From NCBI GenBank assembly GCA_963761335.1, contig CAVXGR010000017.1:32001-96000 (forward strand): 64,000 bases of DNA, given 5' to 3'. Below are positions 29,322-39,672 of this stretch, in pieces. Made by a program: the position numbers and the translations under genes. A model generated the notes under the pieces. It saw only the letters and a program-made list of their open reading frames with translations. It was not told the origin of the DNA and did no database searches. The stretch's first letter is position 1. Each line of letters opens with the position of its first letter. Source of the DNA: an uncultured delta proteobacterium. Its GTDB lineage: Bacteria > Desulfobacterota > Binatia > HRBIN30 > BPIQ01.

Positions 29322-30598
29322 GCGCCGGCGGCGATCTCGCGGCGGAGCTCGCCGACCTGTCTCATGACGCCGCCGACGGCGTCGCCTGCGCGGTGGATGG
29401 CGTGGCGCCGCAGGCCGTAGTGCGGCCCCGAAGCATCGACGCGGTGAAGGAAGTGGTGCGCCGCTGCGAGGCGCGGGGCCTCGCCGTGCTTCCCCGCGGC
29501 AACGGCACGCGCGCCCACATCGGTCTGCCTCCAGCGCGCTACGACGTGGCGCTGTCGACTTCGGCCATGACGGCCGTGCGCCAGCACAATGCCGCCGACA
29601 TGACAGCCACGGTGGAGGCGGGGATCACCTTGGAAGCGCTCGATGCGCAGCTCGCCGCCGCCGACCAGTGGCTGCCGATCGACGCGGCTCGGCCGCAGAC
29701 GACGACGGTGGGCGGCCTCATCGGTGCCGACGCGAGCGGTGGCCTGCGGCTCTCCCATGGGCGGGTTCGCGACTATCTGATCGGCGTGCGCGCCGTGGTC
29801 GGTGAGGCGCTGGCGGCGCGCGGTGGCGGCCAAGTGGTGAAGAACGTCGCCGGCTATGACCTCGGCAAGCTGATGATCGGGTCGTTCGGCACCCTCGGCA
29901 TCGTCGTCGAGGCGACCTTCAAGGTCTTGCCGCGAGCCGCGGCGGATGTGACCATCGTCGCTGTCGTTCCCCGCGTTGCCGCCGGAATGGAGAGCGCCAC
30001 CGCTCTGCTCGACGGAGCCCTGGCACCTTGGTCGGTCGACGTCGTCGACGCCGCCGCCGCAGCCGCCGTCGGCCTGCCGCATGCGGCGCATCTGATCGTG
30101 CGCTTCGGGGGCGAGACCGCTGAGGTCGAGCAGCAGCTGCACCGCCTGGCCGCCCTGATCGAGGGCGCCCAGCTCGTCGATGCCACGGTGACCTCGCGGC
30201 TGCGCGACTTCAGCCTCGACGGACCCGGTCCGGTCTGCTGCCGCATCAGCTTGCCAGCGCAATCCCTGGCGGCGGCGCTCGCTGCCTTCGAGGCCGAGGC
30301 CGCAGTGTTCGGCCTCGAGGCAATGGTACACGCCCATGCCGGCAGCGGCGTCGCCCGGCTGCGCCTGCGCGGCGATGACGCTGCGCTCGCCACCCTGCCG
30401 GCATACGTCGGCTGGCTGCGCTTCTGCGCCCGCCAACAGGGCGGCTACGTCATCGTGGAGCAGGTGCCGCTGGCCCTCAAGGCCGCTGTCGGCGTCTGGG
30501 GACCGGCGCCCGTGCCGCCCCACCTGCTGCGCCGGGTGAAGCAGGCGCTCGATCCCCGCTCCACCTTCAGTCCTGGGCGCTTCGTCGATGGAATCTGA
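29318..30598 (+). CDS. glcE: Glycolate oxidase FAD-binding subunit
   Basis: GGQVVKNVAGYDLGKL, GSFGTLG, DP..TFSPGRF; GTG overlaps the glcD stop. Confidence 0.88.
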   Translation: MSAGGDLAAELADLSHDAADGVACAVDGVAPQAVVRPRSIDAVKEVVRRCEARGLAVLPRGNGTRAHIGLPPARYDVALSTSAMTAVRQHNAADMTATVEAGITLEALDAQLAAADQWLPIDAARPQTTTVGGLIGADASGGLRLSHGRVRDYLIGVRAVVGEALAARGGGQVVKNVAGYDLGKLMIGSFGTLGIVVEATFKVLPRAAADVTIVAVVPRVAAGMESATALLDGALAPWSVDVVDAAAAAAVGLPHAAHLIVRFGGETAEVEQQLHRLAALIEGAQLVDATVTSRLRDFSLDGPGPVCCRISLPAQSLAAALAAFEAEAAVFGLEAMVHAHAGSGVARLRLRGDDAALATLPAYVGWLRFCARQQGGYVIVEQVPLALKAAVGVWGPAPVPPHLLRRVKQALDPRSTFSPGRFVDGI

Positions 30599-31877
30599 GG
30601 ATCTACTTGAAGTCCCGGCGGGCCCGGGTGCGGCCTCCGGACGGGGTGCGGAACGATGGAACGGACTCCCCGACGAGCGTTTTCTCGACTGCGTGCACTG
30701 CGGCCTGTGCCTGTCCGCATGTCCGACGTACGTCGAGCTGGGCACGGAGATGGATTCGCCGCGAGGTCGAATCTATCTGATGAAGGGGCTGCGCGACGGT
30801 GATATCGCCCCGACGGCGGAGGTGGTCCGCCATCTCGATCTGTGTCTCGGTTGTCGAGCCTGCGAGACGGCCTGCCCGTCTGGCGTGCACTACGGCGAGC
30901 TGATCGAGGCGGCGCGTACGGAGCTGGCGCGGTCGCCGGTGCGGCCGCGTCTGCGGGCCCTGTGGGTGCGCGCGATCCAGGAGGTGTTCCCCTCGGCGTC
31001 GCGGCTGCGGGCGCTCCTGGCGCCGCTGCGGCTGGCGCAGTCGCTCGGCCTCGGAGGGTTGCTGCGGGTGCTGCCCTTCACGGCGCTGCTGCCGGAGCTC
31101 GGCGCCGCCGAGGCGCTGCCGCCGGAGATCGAGGCGCGCGGTGAGGAGCGGCGTCGGGTTGGCCTGCTTCCCGGCTGCGTGAATCAGGTGTTGTTTGCCC
31201 GCGTCAACGCGGCCACGGTGCGCGTGCTGGCGCGCAACGGCTGTCGCGTGCTGGTGCGCGGCGGCGACGGGTGCTGCGGAGCGCTGCACCTGCACGCCGG
31301 TGAACGCCGGCGCGCCCAGCAGATGGCGCGCGTCATCATCGACTCCTTTCCGGAGGACCTCGACGCCATCGTCGTCAATGCCGCCGGCTGTGGCGCCTCG
31401 ATGAAGGAGTATGGCGCGTTGCTGCGGGACGATCCGAAGTACGCGGAGAAGGCGCGGCGCTTCGCCGCCAAGGTGGCGGACGTGACCGAGCTTCTCGCGG
31501 CGCTGCCGGTGGTGCCGCCGCCGCGGGTCATCGCGGCACAGGTCACCTACCACGACGCCTGTCACCTGGCGCACGCGCAAGGCGTGCGCCAGGCGCCGCG
31601 GACGCTGCTGCGCGCCGTTTCCGGAATCGAGCTGGTCGAGCTCGAGGAAGCGGATCACTGCTGTGGCAGCGCCGGCAGCTACAACCTGACGGAGCCGGCG
31701 ATGGCGAAGCGGCTGGCGCGACGCAAGGTCGAGCGGGTCCTCGCCACCGGGGCGCGCTACGTCTTTACCGCCAACCCCGGCTGCGCCTTGCAGATCGCCG
31801 CCGGCCTGCGCCGCGCCGGCTCACGCGCCGAGGTCCTGCACCCGGTCGAGCTCCTCGACCGCGCCTACGAGGAGTAG
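30588..31877 (+). CDS. glcF: Glycolate oxidase iron-sulfur subunit
   Basis: CVHCGLC...CPTY, SPRGR, CLGCRACETACPSGV, CCG motifs, HDACHL. Confidence 0.92.
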   Translation: MESEDLLEVPAGPGAASGRGAERWNGLPDERFLDCVHCGLCLSACPTYVELGTEMDSPRGRIYLMKGLRDGDIAPTAEVVRHLDLCLGCRACETACPSGVHYGELIEAARTELARSPVRPRLRALWVRAIQEVFPSASRLRALLAPLRLAQSLGLGGLLRVLPFTALLPELGAAEALPPEIEARGEERRRVGLLPGCVNQVLFARVNAATVRVLARNGCRVLVRGGDGCCGALHLHAGERRRAQQMARVIIDSFPEDLDAIVVNAAGCGASMKEYGALLRDDPKYAEKARRFAAKVADVTELLAALPVVPPPRVIAAQVTYHDACHLAHAQGVRQAPRTLLRAVSGIELVELEEADHCCGSAGSYNLTEPAMAKRLARRKVERVLATGARYVFTANPGCALQIAAGLRRAGSRAEVLHPVELLDRAYEE

Positions 31878-31976
31878 AGCGAGCCAGATCGTGGGGATGG
31901 GGCCTTGGACGTTCGCGTCGGCGGAGATCGCCCCTCCGGAGCGGCAACGCCCAAACAGCAGGGGGCCTGTGCGTCC

Positions 31977-32864
31977 CTATCCCGCCTCGCCGACGCCGAC
32001 CATGTCCACCGATACCTGGGGCACGTGGGCGCCGCCGCCGAAGATCACTCCCTTGAGCGGTGCGACGTCGCCGTAGTCGCGTCCCCAGGCGGTGGTGACG
32101 TGGCGATCGGCGGGCCTGAGGTCGTTTGTCGGATCGAAGTCGACCCAGCCGAAGCCGGGGAAGAATACGGCGATCCAGGCGTGCGACATGTCGGCGCCGC
32201 GCGGACGCGGCTGGCCCGGCGGTGGAACGGTCTCCAGATAGCCGCTGACGTAGCGCGCCGGGATTCCCTTCGATCGCAAGCAGGCGATCGCCAGGTGGGC
32301 GAAGTCCTGGCACACACCGCCGCGCTGTGCCAGCACCTGCGCCGGCGGCGTGGTCACCGTGGTGATCTGCGGGTTGAAGGCGAACTCGCCATGGATGCGA
32401 CTGCTGAGCGCGCTCACCACATCGAGGAGTGGGCGCTGCGGTGGGAAGAAGTCGTCGGCCCATGCCGCCACCTCGGCGGACTGAGCGGCGAAGGGTGACT
32501 CGAGCGCAAAGTGACGCGCCTCGCGCGTCTGCGGATCGCTAGCGGCATGCAGGTGCGCCAGCGCCTCTTCCCAGGGCAGCAGCTGCAGCGGCTCGGGCAG
32601 CGGTGGCGGCGGGCTCACCTCCACGACGTTGGTGGCCGTGACCACCAGCTCCACATGCGCTTCCTGCACCGCAAAGTAGAGGACGCGGTTGCCGAAGAAG
32701 TCCTCGCGCCCGGCTTGCTGCGCCGGATACGGCTGCAGCACCACCTGGCTCTCGTCGCAGCGCTGGCGGTCCGTGAGCCGCGGCTGCAGGCGCGCCTCGT
32801 TGTGACACAGGAGCACCGGCTGCTCATAAACGTAGCGCGTGACGTGAACGATACGGTACTTCAT
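31977..32864 (-). CDS. Transglutaminase-like protein with Bact_transglu_N domain
   Basis: GVCQDFAH, RYVSGYL, SHAW, DPTN, GRDYGDV (Cys-His-Asp triad). Confidence 0.93.
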   Translation of the reverse strand: MKYRIVHVTRYVYEQPVLLCHNEARLQPRLTDRQRCDESQVVLQPYPAQQAGREDFFGNRVLYFAVQEAHVELVVTATNVVEVSPPPPLPEPLQLLPWEEALAHLHAASDPQTREARHFALESPFAAQSAEVAAWADDFFPPQRPLLDVVSALSSRIHGEFAFNPQITTVTTPPAQVLAQRGGVCQDFAHLAIACLRSKGIPARYVSGYLETVPPPGQPRPRGADMSHAWIAVFFPGFGWVDFDPTNDLRPADRHVTTAWGRDYGDVAPLKGVIFGGGAHVPQVSVDMVGVGEAG

Positions 32865-35389
32865 CGTCCCATCACCACGAGCTGCTGCGGCCGATCCGGC
32901 CGACTGAAGTAGGTGCGCGCCATGAGATCGGAAAGCTCCGCCAGCGCGTTTGTGGTCTGCTCCAGTACCCGGTTGAGAGCGGCGCCGAGCTGGCGAGGCG
33001 CTGCGCCCGAAGACGTGCGACCGCCGGTGATGCGCAGCGCCTCGAGCGTCTCGGCAACGAGCTTCTGCTCGGGGCTGCGCTGTGGCGTGGTTCCGGGTGT
33101 GGAGAGGCCGGCCAGCAAGGCGTCGAGACGCAGCAGCTGGTGGATGACGGAGCGCGGATTGGTCTCGTCATCGAGCAGCAGATCGAGCACGGTTCCCGCT
33201 TCGCTGGCGCCGCGGTACCGCTGGCGGTGCGTCGTCGATGCATCGGCGATGGCCAGAAGGCCGTCCCACGGTACGGCGGTCGGATCGTCTCCCGGAAAGC
33301 AGAGCGCCTGGATCGTCGACAGGACTCCGAGGGCGCGCTCGAGGCGCCTGCCGATCTCGAGGAAATGCCAGCCGTGGCCGCGGCTCATGCTGTCGGAGCT
33401 GAGGCCGGCGAAGGCGGCGAGCAGAAGAAGCACGCGGTCCAGCTCCGCCAGGGCGCGACGCAGCTCGATTCCGGCCGGCGGCTCGTTGTCGAGGCTGTTG
33501 ATGACGCGCCAGGTATCGGTGGAGAGTCGATCGCGCACGGCGCGCGCGGCGCGTACCAAGCCGCAGACGTTGTGGCGCACTGTGCCGGTGCGCCGCGCAT
33601 CGAGGAGGACCGCGAGCAGCTCGCTCTCGGGGTCGGCGAGACGCGGCGCCGCGCCCGCCCCGACGAAGCCGGGGTAGGTGGCCGTGACCCGCGTCACCGC
33701 GGCGAGCAGCAAGGGCGGCGGACCGCCGTCCGGAGCCGCTTCGGGGTCGAGCAGCCGGCGCAGACTCTCGCGCAGAACGCGGCCCGCCGTCTCGGTGCGC
33801 TCGGCATAGCGGCCGGCCCAGAAAAGGTTGTCGGCGACGCGCCCGGGCACGGCCTGTCGGCCGCGCACCAGCAGCGGACGGCGGTCCCCGGCCAACAGCA
33901 CGCCGGCATCCTGCTCGGGCTCGGAGGCCAGCACCCAGACGTCCTTGCTGACGCCGCCGACCTGGTTGGAGACCAGTGGCGTGGCGCGCGTCGGTGCGAC
34001 GCGACACAGGCCCCCGGGCATGACGGCGTATCCGCCGTCCTCGGCTGCGAGGAAGCTGCGCAGCACTATGGCGCGGGGCTCCAGCACGGTGCCGCCGGTC
34101 ATCACCGGCGCCGTCGACAGCGCCAGGCGCTCCTGGCCGACGTAGAGGTGCGGTTTGGCGCGGATGCGGCCGACGAGATCAGCGCGCTGCGCGGCGCTGA
34201 TGCCGGCGCCGAAGACGGTGAGGCGAGTCGAGTGCGAGAAGATCGGCTTCACCACCAGCTCATCCAAGTGCTCGAGCACGAAGGCGAGACCGTCCGGAGC
34301 GCCGCACCACCAGGTGGGCACCGAGCGCAGCTTCAACTCCTCGCCGAGGAGATGTCGAGCCAGACGCGGCAGGAAGGCCATCAGTCCCGGGTTCTCGACG
34401 GCGCTGCTACCCAGCGGATTGACGATGGCCACGCTGCCGTGGCGCGCCGCCTGCAGCAGCCCGGGAGTGCCGAGGAGAGAGTCGGGGCGCAGCTCGAGCG
34501 GATCGCAGAAGGCGCCGTCGACCCGGCGCAGCAGCACCTGCACGGGCTTGAGCCCGTCCAGGGTGCGCAGCCACAGGCGCTGATCGACCACGGTCAGATC
34601 GTCGCCTTGCGCCAGCGTGCAGCCGAGCTGGCTGGCCAGGAAGGCATGCTCGAAGTAGGTCTCGTTGTTCGGGCCGGGCGTCAGCAGCACGACGTGCGGC
34701 TCTTCGTCCTGCTGCGGAGCGAGCCGCGCCAGCATCGCCCGCAGCCGCCGGAAGAAGAGCGGCAATCGGTGCACGTGCGAGTCGCGGAAGACGCTGGGCA
34801 GAACGCGCGACAGGACGACGCGGTTCTCCAGTGCATAGCCGACCCCCGACGGCGCTTGGGCGCGGTCGCCGAGAACCAGCATCTCGCCGCTCGGCGCCCG
34901 CGCCAGATCGGCGGCGTACACGGGCAGCTGCCGTCCCCCGGGCGCCCCGACCCCGGCGCACGCATGCAGGAAACCCGGGTGCCCGTAGACCAGCTCGGGC
35001 GGCAGGAATCCGCCGTGCACCAGGCGGCGATCGCCGTAGATGTCGGCCAGGATCAGCTCGAGGATCTCGGCTCGCTGGCTGAGCCCTTGCTCGATTGCCT
35101 GCCACTCCGAGCTGGTGACCAGCACCGGCATCAGATCCAGCTGCCACAGGCGCTCCGATGGTTGCGGGTCGTCGTAGACGTTGTAGGTGACGCCGTTCTC
35201 GCGCAGCAGCCGGCGCGCCTCCGCGGTGCGGCGGCTGAACTCGTCGGCGCCGAGAGCGGCGAGCGAACGCAGCACGTATTCACAGTGCGGCCGCAGCCCC
35301 CCATCGGGCGCGTAGAGCTCATCGTACGCCTCCCCGGAAGGCTGATAGCCCGCGGGGAAGACAGTCTCCGGTACACTGACGACGTTCAC
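32861..35389 (-). CDS. Circularly permuted ATP-grasp type 2 protein fused to an alpha-E domain
   Basis: QAPSGVGYALENR, LTPGP.NETYFEH, RRVD..FCDPLEL, MPGGL, SKDVWV; alpha-E motifs FWAGRYAER and GRRLER, NPRS. Confidence 0.93.
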   Translation of the reverse strand: MNVVSVPETVFPAGYQPSGEAYDELYAPDGGLRPHCEYVLRSLAALGADEFSRRTAEARRLLRENGVTYNVYDDPQPSERLWQLDLMPVLVTSSEWQAIEQGLSQRAEILELILADIYGDRRLVHGGFLPPELVYGHPGFLHACAGVGAPGGRQLPVYAADLARAPSGEMLVLGDRAQAPSGVGYALENRVVLSRVLPSVFRDSHVHRLPLFFRRLRAMLARLAPQQDEEPHVVLLTPGPNNETYFEHAFLASQLGCTLAQGDDLTVVDQRLWLRTLDGLKPVQVLLRRVDGAFCDPLELRPDSLLGTPGLLQAARHGSVAIVNPLGSSAVENPGLMAFLPRLARHLLGEELKLRSVPTWWCGAPDGLAFVLEHLDELVVKPIFSHSTRLTVFGAGISAAQRADLVGRIRAKPHLYVGQERLALSTAPVMTGGTVLEPRAIVLRSFLAAEDGGYAVMPGGLCRVAPTRATPLVSNQVGGVSKDVWVLASEPEQDAGVLLAGDRRPLLVRGRQAVPGRVADNLFWAGRYAERTETAGRVLRESLRRLLDPEAAPDGGPPPLLLAAVTRVTATYPGFVGAGAAPRLADPESELLAVLLDARRTGTVRHNVCGLVRAARAVRDRLSTDTWRVINSLDNEPPAGIELRRALAELDRVLLLLAAFAGLSSDSMSRGHGWHFLEIGRRLERALGVLSTIQALCFPGDDPTAVPWDGLLAIADASTTHRQRYRGASEAGTVLDLLLDDETNPRSVIHQLLRLDALLAGLSTPGTTPQRSPEQKLVAETLEALRITGGRTSSGAAPRQLGAALNRVLEQTTNALAELSDLMARTYFSRPDRPQQLVVMGR

Positions 35390-35446
35390 TCGAGGTCTCC
35401 TAGTACCTCAAGCTCTCATAAACTCAAGCGGCGTGGTAACCGGGAA

Positions 35447-38400
35447 TCAACACGCCGGTTCTCGCCGCAGATCGAGAGTGTAGGGAAGCTCGAGGCTGAG
35501 CTCCTCCGCTGGCGCCGCGATCGGGCCGGGCGTGTGCCCATATGGCCAGAAGCGCGTCGCTCGGCGCGCCTCGGCCGCATTGGCGTTGACGGGAAAGTCG
35601 TCGTAGCTGCGTCCCCCCGGGTGGACGACGTGGTAGGTGCATCCGCCGAGCGAGTAGCCGCTCCAGGTGTCGACCAAGTCGATGACCAAGGGCGCGTGCA
35701 CCGGGATCGTGGGGTGCAGGGCCGAGGGCGGCTGCCAGGCCCGATAGCGCACGCCGGCGACGGCCTCGCTGCGCCGGCCCGTGCGCCGCAGCGGCAGTCG
35801 CCGGCCATTGCACGCGACCACGTGTCTGCCCTCCGTGAGACCGGTGGCCCTCACCTGCAGGCGTTCGACCGATGAGTCCACGTAGCGCGCCGTTGCGCCC
35901 GAGGCGACCTCCTCGCCCAGCACGTGCCACGGTTCCACGGCGACTCGCAGCTCCAGCTCGACACCGCCGGCGACGGTGCGGCCGAGCACCGGGAAGCGAA
36001 ATTCGAGGAAAGGCGCGAACCACTGGATGTCGAACGGATAGCCGGCGCGTCTCAGGTCGATGACTACGTCGCGCAGATCCTCCCAGAGAAAGTGCGGCAG
36101 CATGAAGCGGTCGTGCAACGCCGTGTCCCAGCGCACCAGATCGCGGCGGTAGGGCTCGTTCCAGAAGCGCGCCACCATAGCGCGCACGAGCAGAGTCTGC
36201 ACTAGGCTCATCTGCGGATGCGGCGGCATCTCGAAGGCGCGCATCTCGACCAGGCCGAGGCGCCCGATCGGGCCGTCGGGGGCGTAGAGCTTGTCGATGC
36301 AGAACTCGGTGCGGTGCGTGTTGCCGGTCACGTCGATCAGCAGGTTGCGAAGCAGGCGGTCGACCAGCCAGGGTTGTGGGACCTCGCCGGTTGGAACCTT
36401 CTGAAAGGCGATCTCCAGCTCGTAGAGGCTGTCGTTGCGCGCCTCGTCGACGCGCGGCGCCTGGCTCGTCGGTCCGACGAAGAGCCCCGAGAACAGGAAG
36501 GACAGGCTCGGATGATGCTGCCAGTACGTCAGCAGGCTCTGCAGGAGATCGGGCCGGCGCAGCACCGGGCTGTCCGCCGGCGTCGGGCCGCCGATGGTGA
36601 TGTGATTGCCGCCGCCGGTGCCGCTGTGGCGGCCGTCGACCATGAACTTCTCGGTGCTGAGACGGCAGAGCCGCGCCTCCTCGTAGAGAGCCGTGGTGAT
36701 CGAAGAGAGATCGTTCCAATCGCGCGCCGGATGAATGTTGACTTCGATGACTCCGGGGTCCGGCGTGATCTGCAGGCGCACCAGGCGCGCGTCGCGCGGC
36801 GGCTCGTAGCCTTCGAGGACGATGGGCAGCTGCAGTGCCGCCGCCGCAGATTCGACCGCGGCGAGCAGCTCGACCCAGCCTTCCAGGTAGGTGAGCGGCG
36901 GCAGGAAGACGTGCAGCCGTCCCTGGCGCGGCTCGACGCACAGGGCGGTCCGTACGATGTCCTCGAAGAGCTCGCGCTCTTCGGTGACGTCCGCATCCAG
37001 CTCGCGCGTTTCGCGCGGCATGTGTCCCGGCATCTGGCGGCGCCACTCGGCGCCACCTTGGCTGGTGGGTGCCCCGGCGTCACCGAGCTCCGGCCGCGGT
37101 GCGAAGGGGCTGCGCTCGAACTTCGGCTCGCGCTTGTCGGGAGCGACCCAGGGAAGGGAGTCGAGCGGCAGGCGGTAGCCCATGGGCGAGCTGCCGGGAA
37201 TCAGGTACATGCGGCCGCGGCGGAACTGCCAGAGGCCGCTGCTCCAGCAGCCGCCGTCGGTGCGGGGCTGCCAGCGCAGAGGGAGTGCAAAGCCGGTGAC
37301 CTTGCCGAGACCGCGGCGCATCAGCGCCGCCAGCCGGTGGCGTTCCTCCGGATCGTCCAGCCGCACGCGCAGCGGGTCGATGTTGATCGGCAGCGTGCCC
37401 TCCTTCCAGAGCCAGTAGAAGACGTCTTCATAGGCGGGCACCGCCAGGTCGGGCGCGACGTGGAGCGCCGCGGCGATCGCTTCCGTCAGACGCGCCGCCT
37501 GCTCGACGTTGGCGCCCTGGCCGGCACTCTCGTCGGCGAGCAAGGCATTGTCGCGCCACAGCTCTTTTCCGTCGCGTCGCCAGAAGCAGGACAGCGCCCA
37601 CCGCGGCAGGATCTCGCCCGGATAGGCTTTCCCCTGGCCGTAGTGCAGCACCCCGTGCGGTGCAAAGCGCCGGTGCAGGGCGCGCAAGAGATTGCCCGCC
37701 AGGAGCCTCTTGGTCGGGCCGTCGGCGGCGATGTTCCATTCGTCGCCGTCCATGTCGTCGATGGATACGAACGTCGGCTCGCCGCCCATCGTCAGGCGCA
37801 CGTCTCCCTTTTGCAGGTGGGCATCCACACGCTGCCCCAGCGCGTCGATCGCCCGCCATTGCTCGGCGGTGTACGGGCGGGTGACGCGCGGATCCTCGTG
37901 CACGCGCCGCACCGAGTTGTGGTAATGAAATTCGACTTGGGCTTCGTCGGCGCAGCCACTGATAGGTGCCGCGGCGCTGGGCTCCGGGGTGCAGGCGAGA
38001 GGGATGTGGCCCTCGCCGGCGAACAGGCCCGAGGTCGGGTCGAGGCCGATCCAGCCGGCACCGGGGATGTAGACCTCGGCCCAGGCGTGGAGGTCGGTGA
38101 AGTCCGCAGTTGGCCCACTGGGTCCGTCGAGCGCCGCGACGTCTGCCGTGAGCTGCACCAGATAACCGGAGACGAAGCGCGCCGCGAGACCGAGATGACG
38201 GAGGATCTGCACCAACAGCCAGCCGCTGTCGCGACATGAGCCGCGCGCCGTTGTCAGCGTCTCCTCGCAGGTTTGCACCCCCGGCTCCAGGCGCACCACA
38301 TAGCTGATGTCCCCTTGCAGTCGTTGGTTGAGGGCGACCAGGAAGTCGACCGTCCGCTTCGGGGTGCGGTCGACTCTGGAGAGCCATTGACTCAACGACG

Positions 38401-38773
38401 GCCCGCGCTCGCGAATTTCCAGATAGGGAAGGAGCTGCTGCACGAGTGACTCGTCGTAGGCGAAGGGAAAGCTCTCCGCGGAAGGCTCGAGGAAGAAATC
38501 GAAGGGATTGATCACCGTCAGATCGGCCGTCAGGTCGACCTGGAAGGAGAGCTCGGTGGTCATTTCGGGAAAGACGAGGCGGGCCACGTAATTCCCGAAG
38601 GGGTCCTGCTGCCAGTTGATGAAGTGATTCGCGGGAGAGATCTTCAACGAATAGGAGAGAATGGGGGTGCGGCAGTGCTGCGCCGGCCGCAGCCGCAGGG
38701 TGTGCGGCCCGAGGGCCACGGGACGGTCGTAGCGGTAGCTGGTGAAGTGATCGATGTTGACGTGGATGCTCAT
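35447..38773 (-). CDS. Transglutaminase N-terminal domains fused to a DUF2126 putative amidoligase
   Basis: [70 protein letters not shown]. Confidence 0.93.
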   Translation of the reverse strand: MSIHVNIDHFTSYRYDRPVALGPHTLRLRPAQHCRTPILSYSLKISPANHFINWQQDPFGNYVARLVFPEMTTELSFQVDLTADLTVINPFDFFLEPSAESFPFAYDESLVQQLLPYLEIRERGPSLSQWLSRVDRTPKRTVDFLVALNQRLQGDISYVVRLEPGVQTCEETLTTARGSCRDSGWLLVQILRHLGLAARFVSGYLVQLTADVAALDGPSGPTADFTDLHAWAEVYIPGAGWIGLDPTSGLFAGEGHIPLACTPEPSAAAPISGCADEAQVEFHYHNSVRRVHEDPRVTRPYTAEQWRAIDALGQRVDAHLQKGDVRLTMGGEPTFVSIDDMDGDEWNIAADGPTKRLLAGNLLRALHRRFAPHGVLHYGQGKAYPGEILPRWALSCFWRRDGKELWRDNALLADESAGQGANVEQAARLTEAIAAALHVAPDLAVPAYEDVFYWLWKEGTLPINIDPLRVRLDDPEERHRLAALMRRGLGKVTGFALPLRWQPRTDGGCWSSGLWQFRRGRMYLIPGSSPMGYRLPLDSLPWVAPDKREPKFERSPFAPRPELGDAGAPTSQGGAEWRRQMPGHMPRETRELDADVTEERELFEDIVRTALCVEPRQGRLHVFLPPLTYLEGWVELLAAVESAAAALQLPIVLEGYEPPRDARLVRLQITPDPGVIEVNIHPARDWNDLSSITTALYEEARLCRLSTEKFMVDGRHSGTGGGNHITIGGPTPADSPVLRRPDLLQSLLTYWQHHPSLSFLFSGLFVGPTSQAPRVDEARNDSLYELEIAFQKVPTGEVPQPWLVDRLLRNLLIDVTGNTHRTEFCIDKLYAPDGPIGRLGLVEMRAFEMPPHPQMSLVQTLLVRAMVARFWNEPYRRDLVRWDTALHDRFMLPHFLWEDLRDVVIDLRRAGYPFDIQWFAPFLEFRFPVLGRTVAGGVELELRVAVEPWHVLGEEVASGATARYVDSSVERLQVRATGLTEGRHVVACNGRRLPLRRTGRRSEAVAGVRYRAWQPPSALHPTIPVHAPLVIDLVDTWSGYSLGGCTYHVVHPGGRSYDDFPVNANAAEARRATRFWPYGHTPGPIAAPAEELSLELPYTLDLRREPAC

Positions 38774-38971
38774 CGGCTACTCGCCGCTATCGGTTTCGCC
38801 CCTGCTGCCGTCGTCTGACCTGCGCCTCACGCACACTCCTCCGCCGGCCAGACACCCAAGTTCCATGCCGCGGGCTGCGGCAATCGGTGCGGTACCGGGA
38901 TTCGCAGCACCGCGGTCGGGCAGGGCGCGCCGCTGCCCACTTGTTGATCAGCTGCCCGGTTGGGGGGCGCT

Positions 38972-39039
38972 GGGAGCGCGGTCAGCTTGGCCGCCTCGGT
39001 TCTCTGACAACAACATGCGGCCGGGCCCGCCGGGCTCGC
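38972..39039. repeat. REP-like palindrome, family A (degenerate)
   Basis: GGGAGCGCGGTCAGCTTGGCCGCCTCGGTTCTCTGAC... aligns with the 22927 copy, including the loop. Confidence 0.6.
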
Positions 39040-39076
39040 AGATGTCGGGTCATTCTTTCCGCCATCCGAAGGCGGC

Positions 39077-39110
39077 CAGGGGCAGGGGCAGGGGCAGGGG
39101 CGTGGGCACG
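39077..39110. repeat. Hexamer tandem repeat (CAGGGG)x4 plus degenerate units
   Basis: CAGGGGCAGGGGCAGGGGCAGGGGCGTGGGCACG. Confidence 0.85.
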
Positions 39111-39165
39111 CGATCAGGCTACCAAATCCGCCTCGCGCCGTACCCTGCAAAGACTTGACCGGAGG

Positions 39166-39357
39166 TTACGACCTCTCAATGGGCGAGTCCAATCTGGGCT
39201 TGCCCAAGCTGAGCTTGATGGCCATCTCCCAGCAACTGGCCAGGCTGAAAAAGCATTCGTTGTTCGGGGCCGCAATCGTCCTTCGCGCCTTGCGCGAGAG
39301 CTTTGCTGAATCCTCCACCCACCAGAGAAAGGCTTGCGTATCGATCAGGACGCGCAT
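39166..39357 (-). pseudogene. vapC: Truncated VapC/PIN toxin
   Basis: LIDTQAFLWW and SLASCWEMAIK present; stops at 63 aa, and I found no C-terminal DPFDR motif downstream. Confidence 0.82.
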
Positions 39358-39582
39358 CTATTCGTAATCGTCGAAGTCTTCGGGCGTCTCGTCAAAATCC
39401 GGTGAAGTCCACACGCGGCCCTTCGCCGTCCCAGGCTGGCGCGGCCGCGGCGCAGCCTCGATCGGCACCAGCTTCAGCAGCGGCTTGTTGTCCCGGGCGA
39501 TGATCACCTCCTCGCCCATCATCGCCTTCTGCACCAGTCGCGAGAAGTGCACCTTGGCCTCCGCGATGTTCACCTTCGTCAT
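39358..39582 (-). CDS. Phd/YefM family antitoxin
   Basis: VNIAEAKVHFSRLV, GEEVIIAR, PLLKLVP, acidic tail; abuts the toxin start. Confidence 0.92.
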   Translation of the reverse strand: MTKVNIAEAKVHFSRLVQKAMMGEEVIIARDNKPLLKLVPIEAAPRPRQPGTAKGRVWTSPDFDETPEDFDDYE

Positions 39583-39585
39583 TAT

Positions 39586-39604
39586 TGGTCATCCTAAATG
39601 ACAA
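39586..39604 (-). promoter_or_regulatory. Candidate TA operator and near-leaderless -10 box
   Basis: GTCAT-cctaa-ATGAC inverted repeat overlapping TAGGAT, which lies 8 nt before the antitoxin ATG. Confidence 0.45.
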
Positions 39605-39672
39605 CCAGAAAGGATCAACGAGCGATTTGCGCGGCTGCGAGGTTTCGTCAGGGGTCGAAGGGACGGGGACAG

